Below are positions 1-8,867 of a DNA stretch of 64,000 bases, one piece after another. Below the pieces are notes generated by a model, which had not been told where the DNA came from, did no database searches, and worked only from the letters and a program-made list of their open reading frames with translations. Location of the stretch: assembly GCA_002099625.1 (NCBI GenBank), contig GCA_002099625.1_4857.1, one strand, 5' to 3'. Within the stretch, counting starts at the first letter, position 1. Each line of letters starts with the position of its first letter. Made by a program: the position numbers and the translations under genes. The DNA is from Escherichia coli. GTDB taxonomy: Bacteria; Pseudomonadota; Gammaproteobacteria; Enterobacterales; Enterobacteriaceae.

Positions 1-83
1 AGCGCTAGGATTACTTGGTCTGTACATGATGCTTACCTTTTATAGTCGAGTTGGGGGAATTCAGATGAGGCTTTCTCATCTCA

Positions 84-104
84 CTTAGATAATATCTATC
101 TGCG
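84..104. promoter_or_regulatory. Copy 1 of recurring near-palindromic motif TAGATAATATCTATCT(G/C)AG
   Basis: tagataatatctatctg at 86-102; same core recurs at 22046, 53698 and 61262, always intergenic and 25-60 bp upstream of a gene start. Confidence 0.45.
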
Positions 105-118
105 AATATTTGGAATAC

Positions 119-160
119 AAAAAAAAAATAAAAGAGTTGTCCTCACTCCGAAGAGTGAGG
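119..160 (-). terminator. Rho-independent terminator
   Basis: Hairpin cctcactc-cgaa-gagtgagg (141-160) followed on the minus strand by a U-run (A-run 119-133 on plus); lies just downstream of CDS 253..1068. Confidence 0.5.
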
Positions 161-252
161 ACTTCCCTGGTGTTGGCATGTAAATCTACAAGGTCTTACA
201 AGGTCAGACGAGGGCTAATCGTCAGGAACATAGCTACTGGGCGTTAGCTAAT

Positions 253-1068
253 TCAGCGAAGGACGTCGGTAGTCTTACCGTGGGAGTTAACCACGTAAAC
301 TTCGTCGCCCTTATAAAACAATTCGTAAAGAGCACCGCTACTGATCTGGTTATCAGGATCGTGCCCAGATTCTTCTTCGATGCACATTGCGCCAATCAGT
401 TCATCGACTGAGCGGTCGCCTGGTCGCGCACCCTTCAAGACAGTAACGACAGATTCGCCATTTACCCATTGGGATTGTTCTTGTACATCGCAGAACTCCA
501 TGGTCGGCCCAGGTTCTAACTCGACCTGTTGCAGCTCAGCACGGGTATAAATGACTATATGTAAATCGCTATCTGGCGAAGGTTTTAAGTTAATGAGTTT
601 TTCAAGTGGTGTATAACCTCGTAGCTGCCGATTTACGGTAGCGATGTCTACAGTTACCGGTAACACCAAGATGGCAAACTCCGACAGGTCTCCGGCGATA
701 GCTCGGACGAAACTGTCTATATCTTTGTAAAAAACATAAACCCGGCCTGTGACGGAGTCAGGTAAAACAATATTTGGAAATATCGCCCGAAGGTATTCAT
801 ACCCGGCAGGTGCAGATGCTGCGAATCGAGTTTCAAAACTCAAGATGTCTGACGGCATACGCGTGTTCGGGTCGATTACATCAGGGGCAACGCGTTTTAA
901 CCCTGGATTAAGGGCTAACTTTTCATCGTCGAGAACTATATCGAAGCGCTCGTTCTCGAGCATTTTTAATGCCTCGCGGAATACACGAGACTTACGGTCA
1001 CCGATACGAACTTTTTCATGTTCGGTAATAATGCGGTCACCATCAATTACACGTTTAACTGTAAACAT
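253..1068 (-). CDS. Hypothetical protein (271 aa from MFTVKRVIDGD)
   Basis: ORF 253..1176 in track; AAGGAAAG ribosome-binding site sits 4 nt before the internal ATG at 1068, so the shorter start is preferred. Confidence 0.6.
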   Translation of the reverse strand: MFTVKRVIDGDRIITEHEKVRIGDRKSRVFREALKMLENERFDIVLDDEKLALNPGLKRVAPDVIDPNTRMPSDILSFETRFAASAPAGYEYLRAIFPNIVLPDSVTGRVYVFYKDIDSFVRAIAGDLSEFAILVLPVTVDIATVNRQLRGYTPLEKLINLKPSPDSDLHIVIYTRAELQQVELEPGPTMEFCDVQEQSQWVNGESVVTVLKGARPGDRSVDELIGAMCIEEESGHDPDNQISSGALYELFYKGDEVYVVNSHGKTTDVLR

Positions 1069-1229
1069 GTTGCTTTCCTTCTTACTACTATTGCTGCTTC
1101 TATTGGTAGTCCACGACATATCCCTCGTGGGTGGGTTCGGCGTGTAACCGAATAAGTTTTTCTGTTCCCAGGGCAACGCACCAGGCTTAAGTGATTTAGT
1201 TGGCTAACTAGGAACAGAAAAGGGAGAAC

Positions 1230-1440
1230 AAACCAGGGCGCGAGGTGGCTCTGGACGGATGCGTAAGAAAAACCCAAACGGCCCTGGTCTGTAATTTGGC
1301 CCGAAGTCACCGTGTCGGAGGACAGCCCATGCAGGTAGGCGGCAATGGACACGGTGACCGCGGAAGTGGTTCGTGTTATCCTTGACCCGTGTGTGGATAC
1401 GCGTCTTATTTCGAATGCCTTCGGGATAAGGATAACACAA
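1230..1440 (-). ncRNA. Candidate structured stable RNA downstream of the tRNA cluster
   Basis: No credible ORF; 11-bp inverted repeats gtcaccgtgtc/gacacggtgac (1306-1316/1348-1358) and gtgttatcctt/aaggataacac (1373-1383/1428-1438), plus ccagggc/gccctgg. Confidence 0.3.
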
Positions 1441-1442
1441 AT

Positions 1443-1518
1443 TGGCGACTCTGGCAGGATTTGAACCTGCGACATATGGATTAACAGTCCACCGTTCTAC
1501 CAGCTGAACTACAGAGTC
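1443..1518 (-). tRNA. tRNA-Asn (anticodon GTT)
   Basis: Reverse complement folds as a canonical cloverleaf: acceptor gactctg/cagagtc, D-arm gttc-agctggta-gaac, anticodon loop ctGTTaa, T-arm gcagg-ttcaaat-cctgc, encoded CCA. Confidence 0.85.
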
Positions 1519-1526
1519 TTAAAGAG

Positions 1527-1602
1527 CGAGCATGTGACGGGATTCGAACCCGCGAAATATCCGATTATGAGTCGGGTGTTAATTCCTCTAACTTCACTGC
1601 TC
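1527..1602 (-). tRNA. Atypical tRNA-like gene, anticodon CAT (Met or Ile2), possible pseudo-tRNA
   Basis: Good T-arm gcggg-ttcgaat-cccgt and anticodon loop ctCATaa, but acceptor stem pairs only with a bulged A, position 8 is A not U, C27-A43 mismatch, no encoded CCA. Confidence 0.4.
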
Positions 1603-1604
1603 TT

Positions 1605-1674
1605 GCTTTGACCGGTCTCGAACCGGCGACTTTCCTCGAAGAGGCTGCTCTACCTACCTGAGCTACAAAGCCAT
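1605..1674 (-). tRNA. tRNA-like element with truncated anticodon arm
   Basis: Canonical 5' acceptor and D-arm (ggctttg-ta-gctc-aggtaggta-gagc) and T-arm (gccgg-ttcgaga-ccggt), but only about 19 nt between D- and T-arms; anticodon arm reduced to cctc-ttc-gagg hairpin. Confidence 0.3.
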
Positions 1675-1679
1675 TGTTC

Positions 1680-2710
1680 ATGGCATCATGATAGTTACAC
1701 TCAACGTACCACACCCCTACTGGTTTCCGTTTCGGAGGACTTAACCAGACACCATACGTCCAAGGTCGACGCTTAGGTGTGTTATCAGTTGCCTGACTGG
1801 AAATCTCTTACGAGACGTCTACGTTGAACCGGCAAGCCGGCCATGATGTGAAGATGGGGGAACGCCCAGGCTTCCGCCCAGTCGAGTGAGGTACGAATCC
1901 TTCACTCCTGTCATCACTGATGGTGACAGCGCTCCCATTGTAAGGTGCCGGTGCATCCCGGCGTGTGTTAGTGCATTCAGCTCCCTCGGGCTTATCTGCG
2001 GCAACACGTTGCCCGGCGCACCGACATATACCACAGTAACCTCGTAAAGTCACTCTGGTATTGTTCGTTGCATACTACTAAGTTATCACGTAAACGATTT
2101 CACCACTTCCAATAATTAACCTAAATTCATTTCTGAATGCGGGTGATGGACTTCTTCTTCTGAGCCTGGCCGTAAGGTCAGGTCTTAGCGTCTCCAAGCA
2201 CCACCCGCTATCACGTACATTCGTGGCGTACCGGCCGTATGAGGTACCGCGCCTACGGTGACACACAGTCACCCTAACACTGGGAACTCAATCCCATTCG
2301 GTTATCAGATTGTGGATTTACAGGCGTAGCGTGGCGGCTTAATGGGCCGGTGCTTGCCTGTCCCCTAGGGACGGTTGTCGTGGAGACGCCAGTCTGTAAG
2401 TGGGGCCCTTGCGGGAAAACCCATCGCCTGTAAACCAAACATGATTGAATACCCAGAACCGGACGTTGGAAATCAACATCCTGATGTACTGGAGTATTTC
2501 ATGCATAAACGTGTCTCGTATCGAATGAGGTTATGACCGGTCAGATACCCAGCATCCTGTACAAGCGACCTGGTGCTTTGTGTACCTGGCTGCTACGGAT
2601 TTATCGGCTTACCGTAGGTCTAAGCTACTACCGGCTCATGCGGGACATCAACCCGCACAATCTGAGTAAGTATCACGGCTCGAATAGGGTTAGTGGGCCG
2701 AAGCCCACTG
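1680..2710 (-). other. About 1 kb of GC-rich non-coding DNA, candidate structured RNA
   Basis: Only short ORFs (60-81 aa) without ribosome-binding sites; flanked by tRNA-like genes and a small CDS in the same orientation; hairpin gggccgaagcccac near 2695. Confidence 0.25.
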
Positions 2711-2711
2711 T

Positions 2712-2954
2712 TTAGCCAGCGTTGAACGATTCATGAACGACGGTCCCAGCAGGATAGTGCGTAGTACCGATAAGAGTAACGGTCAGGGTAAGCCCTTCAT
2801 CCCAGCGCTCTTTCGGTAACCAGCGGCAGTCCATCCAATGACCACAGTCGGGAGGAATTGCACACGCGGCTTGCTCCGTAGGAGCCGCCACGATTATGGA
2901 ATCAAATTCATCATACCCGATATCGTCAGTTCGTTCTAGCAAGTACAAATTCAT
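2712..2954 (-). CDS. Small hypothetical protein (80 aa, Cys/His-containing)
   Basis: ORF 2712..2966; GGAGAA ribosome-binding site precedes ATG at 2954 (MNLYLLERTDD); track start is a TTG. Confidence 0.4.
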   Translation of the reverse strand: MNLYLLERTDDIGYDEFDSIIVAAPTEQAACAIPPDCGHWMDCRWLPKERWDEGLTLTVTLIGTTHYPAGTVVHESFNAG

Positions 2955-3018
2955 GTTGTTCTCCAACAGTTGACAAATCTGTGTCTTCTGTGTTAAACCT
3001 GAATTCGTTGGCTAAAAG

Positions 3019-3094
3019 TGGCGGGGGCACGAGGTTTCGAACCTCGAACCTTCGGTTTTGGAGACCGGTGCGCTACCAATTGCGCCATACCCCC
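3019..3094 (-). tRNA. tRNA-Trp (anticodon CCA)
   Basis: Reverse complement gggggta-tg-gcgc-aattggta-gcgc-a-ccggt-ctCCAaa-accga-aggtt-cgagg-ttcgaaa-cctcg-tgccccc-g-cca; closely resembles E. coli tRNA-Trp; C27-A43 mismatch. Confidence 0.85.
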
Positions 3095-3188
3095 CAGAAT
3101 TCTTTAAACGTGTTTATACGGATGCGCTACCCCGTTATCGCAGGCGATTGATGGGGTCAAGCTTGCGTGCTTCTGACTCCCGCATGAT

Positions 3189-3680
3189 TCACCTCCGTAG
3201 TTCGTAAGTGCTAATCTCACCACCGGTATAGATATCGCATTCGGACGCAATCTCAACAGCACGAACCGCATTCGCGCCCATCTTCATCGCACCCAACGCG
3301 TACTCGTAACCGCTTCCGGTTGCCAGAGGTGGTGTGGCTTCACTCCACCACAACGACACGTCGTCTTCACGCTTCCCACCGACTATCGCTTTCCCTGAGG
3401 CCAGAAGCATCAGGAAAGTAAAATCCATCTTCGCAGGTAACTGCGAGCTTTGTGTTAACCCCTTGTAGCCGGGTCTCAAGCGGACCGTTTCCAGCAGGGC
3501 CAATTGTCCTGTGATGTCGCCGCTTACCCCGAACACCACAATTCGTTCACCGGTAATCCACCACTCCTCGTCGGGAGGACAGACGAATAACTTCTGGGTA
3601 TTCAGGTTGCAGATATTCGACCCACGGGTTAACTGGCCGTCAGCAGCTAAGACTTTTCCATCGAACGCTATCGTGGTCAT
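3189..3680 (-). CDS. HslV/proteasome beta-like N-terminal-nucleophile hydrolase
   Basis: N-terminus MTTIAFDGKVLAADGQLTRG matches the HslV/proteasome beta start (Thr1 nucleophile exposed after Met removal; TTI...VLAADGQ); GGAGAA ribosome-binding site before ATG at 3680. Confidence 0.6.
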   Translation of the reverse strand: MTTIAFDGKVLAADGQLTRGSNICNLNTQKLFVCPPDEEWWITGERIVVFGVSGDITGQLALLETVRLRPGYKGLTQSSQLPAKMDFTFLMLLASGKAIVGGKREDDVSLWWSEATPPLATGSGYEYALGAMKMGANAVRAVEIASECDIYTGGEISTYELRR

Positions 3681-4626
3681 GATTTAATTCTCCGTTTGGT
3701 TTATCATACCTCACGCAGAATCTGTAAATTTTAATCAGCCAGGTACCGTCGTTTCTCAACGGGAGTACCCACCCCTCTCGTCTGTTCCGAGCCGGCAAGA
3801 TATGGACCAACCTCCTCATCGGAGTTATCCCCCAAGTCTGCGGTTCTACACGCAGACCCCTTTTCGACGCAACGCCGAATTCGAATCAGTTTTGGCCCGA
3901 CGCCAGAGCGGAATCAGCGATAACTATCGGAGGTAAGTTCAACGACGTCTCTCCGCTGCCCAGTCCTCTGGCGCTGCCACGGTCAACTCGGATTTTGTCA
4001 TGGGTGCGCAGTCGACTTTCTCGACACTCTCGCAAACCGAACTACGCCCGACGTAGCACCGTCGGCAGGTCGGTTATTTACCGAGTACCTGAATGGGTGG
4101 TGATTGTCGGAATCCCCGCCGACGCTCACCGGTTCTGTTCCACGGCGAAAGTTTTCCAGAACATAATAAATCACGCAGTGTTAGATTGCGCTTTGTCGAA
4201 GACACCACGGTAGGTATTTTCGAAAAAGCGTCCTGGGTAACAATCCCAGGACTTGGAGCCCTAGCGTGCAGGGTTTAAAAGTGATTGGACCATTGGCGCG
4301 GTCAATCGCTATTCGCATATAACAACAAACTCACGTAATCAAAAAATTACCGGCTCGAGGCGTAGGCGTCCAGGAGCCGGTGAGTCACACAGCAGTGAGT
4401 CCCTCTGCGGGGATTTTCGTGGAGCTTGTCGTTGGAATAAAAATCCGTCCCCGGACGGGTTGGTGGTGTGGGTCGACTTGTCAGAGTCTGCCGTCCAGGG
4501 AGGCGGCCACCGAAGCTATGGGTTTTGGACATCGAGTGGTGGTCTGAACACACGATAGGGAAACCACGTAAAAAATACACAGGGTACCCAAACCAGGACG
4601 TCTGTCCGATCACGATCTCTTAATAA

Positions 4627-4797
4627 GGATCACGCGCGCGCCCGCACGCGTTTTAAGATCTTAATATATTAATATATTTATTTATATAAATAATTATAAT
4701 AATTAAATATAATACCTAAAGGTATTATTATATTTAATATTATTATATATTTTAAAAGATCCTGGAGGATACGGGTGTGCGCACGCGCACGCGTATA
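4627..4797. repeat. AT-rich imperfect palindrome (about 100 bp, >95% A+T) flanked by alternating CG/CA GC-rich blocks
   Basis: Left clamp cacgcgcgcgcccgcacgcg (4631-4650), AT tract 4651-4760 centred on aatacc-taaa-ggtatt (4711-4726), right clamp gtgtgcgcacgcgcacgcgt (4776-4795); GATC at both inner borders. Confidence 0.7.
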
Positions 4798-4888
4798 AGG
4801 AAAGGGTCTTCGACCCGATCCACAGGATCGATCTAAAAAACAATCTAAGTGATTGTTTTAAAAAGAAATTTTGAGAATTAGATTAAAT

Positions 4889-4911
4889 TATCCCCTAAGG
4901 GGGATTTTTAG
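4889..4911 (+). terminator. Terminator-like hairpin in non-coding region
   Basis: atcccc-taag-ggggat followed by ttttt; no annotated upstream plus-strand gene, so it may end a small RNA. Confidence 0.3.
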
Positions 4912-5394
4912 AGTGAGTTAACAACCCAAAGAACTCGTAAGTAACCGACAGTGTGTGTCGGTTACAGAACGATCCAGTTTTCACCCAGACATGGCACGAA
5001 GTGCTACCCAACGTGTGATCGTCGTCGCGGCCGGCGACCGTCGTCCCGGAACCGAAACGGGAATGGCTCTCTCGCGCTCTCAGCGGCCCGCTGGCGAGAT
5101 TTTCCGGTAGGGGGAACCCAAGTGTACTGGGTTGGGTATAAATCTCTTTCTAGCGCCTTCTAGAGCGTTTTTAATAACTGGTTAAAAAACATACAATCCT
5201 GAATCCCCATTCCCCGTATTTCCTCGCCCCGACAAAAATAAATTCTCTGTCTCGATACATAACCCCCTCTAAAACGCACGTAACCGACCCTAGAAAACGA
5301 TAAACTGCCAAAAACGAGCTACCCTACATCCAGACCACTTAATCGTTTTCTGACGTCTCCTAGACCCCCTTTAACCGGCCGGTTAAAAAAATAA

Positions 5395-5447
5395 TCAAAA
5401 AAAAAATAAAAAAAATAAGATTGGCGTACTCCCCGAAGAGAGTACGC
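5395..5447 (-). terminator. Rho-independent terminator
   Basis: Hairpin gcgtactc-cccgaaga-gagtacgc (5424-5447) followed on the minus strand by a long U-run (A-run 5390-5420); immediately downstream of CDS 5456..5965. Confidence 0.55.
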
Positions 5448-5455
5448 CTAGTGAC

Positions 5456-5965
5456 TTAACACTTGATGGTATAGCCATCAAGGCCAAGGTGTACTGGTTT
5501 TATCCATAACCCTGGCTCCCCGAAAATATTCAGGTCGTAAGTTTGGTAATGCATGATCTTTGCAGGAACATGCACACCCATGCGTTGCAGAAATTCCCAG
5601 ACGGCGACGTAACGTTCACGAGTGATGAACATTAATCCGGAGTCGAACCCGGAACCGATGTCTAGGAAATTACCAAGAGAACTGTCAAAACTTGACACAC
5701 CATCTTGAGTAAGTGCGACCAACCCTTTAGTTAAATCTCTGTGGTTGTCAATGAAGTTACAGAGATCTACGATGGTTATTTGACCGTAAATACGACGGAG
5801 GACGGCAGCAACAGCCAAAATCTCGCTGGTATTTCCGTAGTCACCTAAAGGGTTATGGTCCATCATCGCAGTAATTATGCTTGTGTCGCAGAGGTCGATT
5901 AACCGCTGGTCGTGTACCACCAGGTTAAGACCTTGCCCCACCTGCACGGTTGGCGCAGTAAACAT
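5456..5965 (-). CDS. Hypothetical protein (169 aa)
   Basis: ORF 5456..6010; AAGGAG ribosome-binding site precedes ATG at 5965 (MFTAPTVQ), removing the overlap with the upstream gene. Confidence 0.6.
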   Translation of the reverse strand: MFTAPTVQVGQGLNLVVHDQRLIDLCDTSIITAMMDHNPLGDYGNTSEILAVAAVLRRIYGQITIVDLCNFIDNHRDLTKGLVALTQDGVSSFDSSLGNFLDIGSGFDSGLMFITRERYVAVWEFLQRMGVHVPAKIMHYQTYDLNIFGEPGLWIKPVHLGLDGYTIKC

Positions 5966-5975
5966 AGGAGGCTCC

Positions 5976-7109
5976 TTACGTTTTGACTGACTGTGAAGGT
6001 ACTCTGGCATCGTACATTAAAAAGATTTCCAGCAGACTCATACCCGTCGCGTAAAAGATTTGGTCTGTAATGACACTCACCAACGCTTCTGGGTCAATCG
6101 CGTCTACTGCAAAATCACTGTCGAACTGCCAGAACTCGACGTCATCCCCCTTTTCAAATGTCGCGGCATACAATCCAGGTTTCACACCACGCCGGAACGA
6201 AAAGAGTTTTGCGTCAGACTCAGTGTCCTTACCATAGATTTCCCCGTCGGTCCGTGTGATCGCTGCGCGTTTACACCGAGTTACCGTAAGGAGCGCACGG
6301 TTTGCAGATGCTTGCGATTTAAACGGATAGGGGCCATCGTATGTCGGGACATTCTGGTCGCCTAAGGCATCAAGTGCCTTACTCCGATAGACTACCGGAG
6401 ACTTAAAATTACACAGTCGATTCCCTTCGGTAAACATTGTGTATTCGACCTTAACGTCGGTACCGACGAGGTCAGCAGGGGACACTTTGTAGTGTGCTAA
6501 CTGTCCCTGCACGCGGCGAGAAAGCATCGATGCCAGGAAGGTATGGTTGCCCTGTGTACGCAAGACATAACCGAACTCTGTGCAGTCGACGATACGAGCG
6601 TCCATACGTCGTACAGGCTCCAGCCGGTAAGTCACATCATTCGCTTCGATAAGAAACTGACTGATGCTAACATCGCGAGATCGATGTTTGATTGCTTCAA
6701 ACACTTCACCCGCTTCCAGAATAGCTGGTTCAATTACATTGACCTGGAATGGGAGGGGTTTCGTCGGCCGTTGACCCATTGTTGTCACTGTCATCGAACG
6801 TAGCCACGGATCGTCCTCGCTAGGGTCATTGGAAAGCCAATGTGTTAACCAGCGAGAAAGGTTCTGAGGAATCGTTGCGGTTGAATATAAAATCACGGTA
6901 CCCATTATGCCTGCATCGGCCAGCAAGCGCGCGAGTACCGTGTTCATCGAATCGTATTTGCCATTTCGAAGAATAGGTAATCCTCCGACCTGGACCATTT
7001 CGCAGATGACGCCGTGTGGCAACACCCACATCTTCACTTGTTGGGCAGAATGTATCTGCCCAGTGCGCAGCTTTTCTTGCCACGCGTGCTTACGTTCAAA
7101 GTTCATCAT
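5976..7109 (-). CDS. Hypothetical protein (377 aa)
   Basis: Long ORF, tandem ATG start, co-directional with neighbours. Confidence 0.65.
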   Translation of the reverse strand: MMNFERKHAWQEKLRTGQIHSAQQVKMWVLPHGVICEMVQVGGLPILRNGKYDSMNTVLARLLADAGIMGTVILYSTATIPQNLSRWLTHWLSNDPSEDDPWLRSMTVTTMGQRPTKPLPFQVNVIEPAILEAGEVFEAIKHRSRDVSISQFLIEANDVTYRLEPVRRMDARIVDCTEFGYVLRTQGNHTFLASMLSRRVQGQLAHYKVSPADLVGTDVKVEYTMFTEGNRLCNFKSPVVYRSKALDALGDQNVPTYDGPYPFKSQASANRALLTVTRCKRAAITRTDGEIYGKDTESDAKLFSFRRGVKPGLYAATFEKGDDVEFWQFDSDFAVDAIDPEALVSVITDQIFYATGMSLLEIFLMYDARVPSQSVKT

Positions 7110-7181
7110 TGGGTAAAATCTCCTTCAGGTATACTCTCAGTATGATAACATATATCCGTAAATTTTTAGAGGTTTAGTGCC

Positions 7182-8558
7182 ATGTCTGAACTGGTTTATG
7201 ATTTCAGTACCGGTTGTTATCGCGATACCGGAGTGAAGGTTGCCGTCGAATCATTCGGACGTGACCCATTCTTCGACGATGACACGTATTCTACGGGCTT
7301 GTACTACGACTATGGTTTTGGCGGCTACGTCCCGATGGGTTTGGTGGTTGCTGCAGAAGCCATGAAGAATGACCGATTACGTAAAGTGTTTGACGAATGC
7401 TTTAAACACGTCGTAATCGATCGTCGTTTTGCAAAGCAAATTCAACTTCACGTGGATAACATTCTTAAACGTGAAGGCAATGTGGAGTGGCTAGGGTCTA
7501 ACCTGCTAGGTGTCCACACTATCCGTTTTTACGATTCTGACCGTAACCGCTTTTTTGAAGATGTCTTGAAAGTGGATGAAGATTATCTGTTCGAGATGAT
7601 TAAAGAATCGGGTACGATTAACACCGACTGGGCAGTGGCTGGTGATCCGTATAACCTCTCTACGGTGTATACTCTACATCGAATGATGTCGAAATTCGCC
7701 GATCGTGAAATCCACGCCGCGGCTGTATCGTTAGTAACGCTTCTGCAATTCAAATTCTACTCCAGTATATATTACCACTTCTTCCCCAAGCCGGTCGACA
7801 TGGCCGCTGCCGACGCTGCGTATTCAATGCTGTCGTTAAAGTTCGATATTCGACGTTTAGGTAACTGGGGCTTGCACATGCAGGAGCGTTCAGAATACTT
7901 CTGTTCCCCAGAGTACCCAAACTACGATGCGGTTAAACGCTTCGATACGCCGGATTTGGTGCTGCGCTTCATCACCGACTTGAACACCCGTACCAAACAA
8001 ACCGTGAAGGACTATTACGCGGTACTGGACAAAGTACGTCGCGATAATAGCCGTGTGATTACGCAGTCAACTCGTATAGAGTTAGACGGCGAATCGATTA
8101 TTCGCGACAAAGTGGGTGCGCTGGATATCGCTAAGCAGAATCTGTTCGATGCGTCTTACGATATCAACAATCTTTACAAAGAGCAATTAGCAAAAGTGGT
8201 GTTGGAGCTAGTACCCAAAGCATCTCCCGCGGCACTGAAAACTTTGCTGGCGTATATTGCAAGTCTACCGCTTGGCAAAAAGCGTGATGAAATTAACGCT
8301 ATCATGGAGGACACGCTATCGCACGCGTTCGACGAAGTTGTTACCTCTCGTCTGAACTTTAACGACGCGAGTACGGTTCTGCTGCGTATGCGTTCGTTGT
8401 ATCAGGCCTCGAAGTCCCCCAACCCGTACGTGTTATCGTTACGTGAACGGATTGAGAAACTGGCTGCACGAGAAACACATATCCGTCATGAAGCCGCCTT
8501 GGCCGCTTTGCGTAATGCGTTGTTGTTGTACTTCTTGATCCGCTCTTTGCAGAAGTAA
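7182..8558 (+). CDS. Hypothetical protein (458 aa)
   Basis: Long ORF on the plus strand ending at a strong terminator. Confidence 0.7.
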   Translation: MSELVYDFSTGCYRDTGVKVAVESFGRDPFFDDDTYSTGLYYDYGFGGYVPMGLVVAAEAMKNDRLRKVFDECFKHVVIDRRFAKQIQLHVDNILKREGNVEWLGSNLLGVHTIRFYDSDRNRFFEDVLKVDEDYLFEMIKESGTINTDWAVAGDPYNLSTVYTLHRMMSKFADREIHAAAVSLVTLLQFKFYSSIYYHFFPKPVDMAAADAAYSMLSLKFDIRRLGNWGLHMQERSEYFCSPEYPNYDAVKRFDTPDLVLRFITDLNTRTKQTVKDYYAVLDKVRRDNSRVITQSTRIELDGESIIRDKVGALDIAKQNLFDASYDINNLYKEQLAKVVLELVPKASPAALKTLLAYIASLPLGKKRDEINAIMEDTLSHAFDEVVTSRLNFNDASTVLLRMRSLYQASKSPNPYVLSLRERIEKLAARETHIRHEAALAALRNALLLYFLIRSLQK

Positions 8559-8567
8559 AATAAAATG

Positions 8568-8609
8568 CCACCTCTCCAGTTTCGGAGAGGTGGCTACGTC
8601 GTATTTTTT
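8568..8609. terminator. Bidirectional rho-independent terminator
   Basis: Hairpin gccacctctcc-agtttc-ggagaggtggc (8568-8595) with T-run 8603-8609 on plus and A-run upstream; sits between convergent genes. Confidence 0.6.
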
Positions 8610-8624
8610 CGAGTTAAAGTTGAT

Positions 8625-8867
8625 TCAGGCGAGTGCTCCCGATACGGCAACTTGATGTAGGGTATACACAACGTGTAGCCCCGCGGTCGATAGTCCACCG
8701 ATAAGCAATACGCCAAAGCTACAGATAATCTGTCCGAGCCGCATTGTGCGTGTGCAGACATCGTGACTTTGTGCGTGTATGCGTATTACTTCGATGGTGT
8801 GGCGTAAGCCAAAGTATAGGCAAATCCACATTACCAGCACGATTGCGTAGTAGAGTTGAGTCATCAC
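8625..8867 (-). CDS. Small membrane protein (80 aa, two predicted TM helices)
   Basis: ORF overlaps terminase stop by 4 nt; hydrophobic stretches YYAIVLVMWICLYFGL and ICSFGVLLIGGLSTAGL. Confidence 0.45.
   Translation of the reverse strand: MMTQLYYAIVLVMWICLYFGLRHTIEVIRIHAQSHDVCTRTMRLGQIICSFGVLLIGGLSTAGLHVVYTLHQVAVSGALA

Noticed and set aside
1047-1475. 142-aa and 78-aa minus-strand ORFs overlapping the structured region next to tRNA-Asn
   Set aside because: No ribosome-binding site, overlap with strongly structured GC-rich sequence and the tRNA 3' flank; more likely non-coding RNA.
3995-4613. Short ORFs (61-88 aa) in the 1.8-kb non-coding region
   Set aside because: No ribosome-binding sites, Arg/Ser/Pro-rich low-complexity translations typical of GC-rich non-coding DNA.
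4651-4760. Possible CRISPR array or tandem direct repeats in the AT-rich tract
   Set aside because: The repeats are inverted (palindromic) and of low complexity, with no regular repeat-spacer periodicity and no cas genes nearby.
7110-7181. Possible fifth copy of the recurring motif (ctctcagtatgataacatatatcc)
   Set aside because: It shares only the CTCAG end and general AT-richness; too divergent to count without a statistical motif model.
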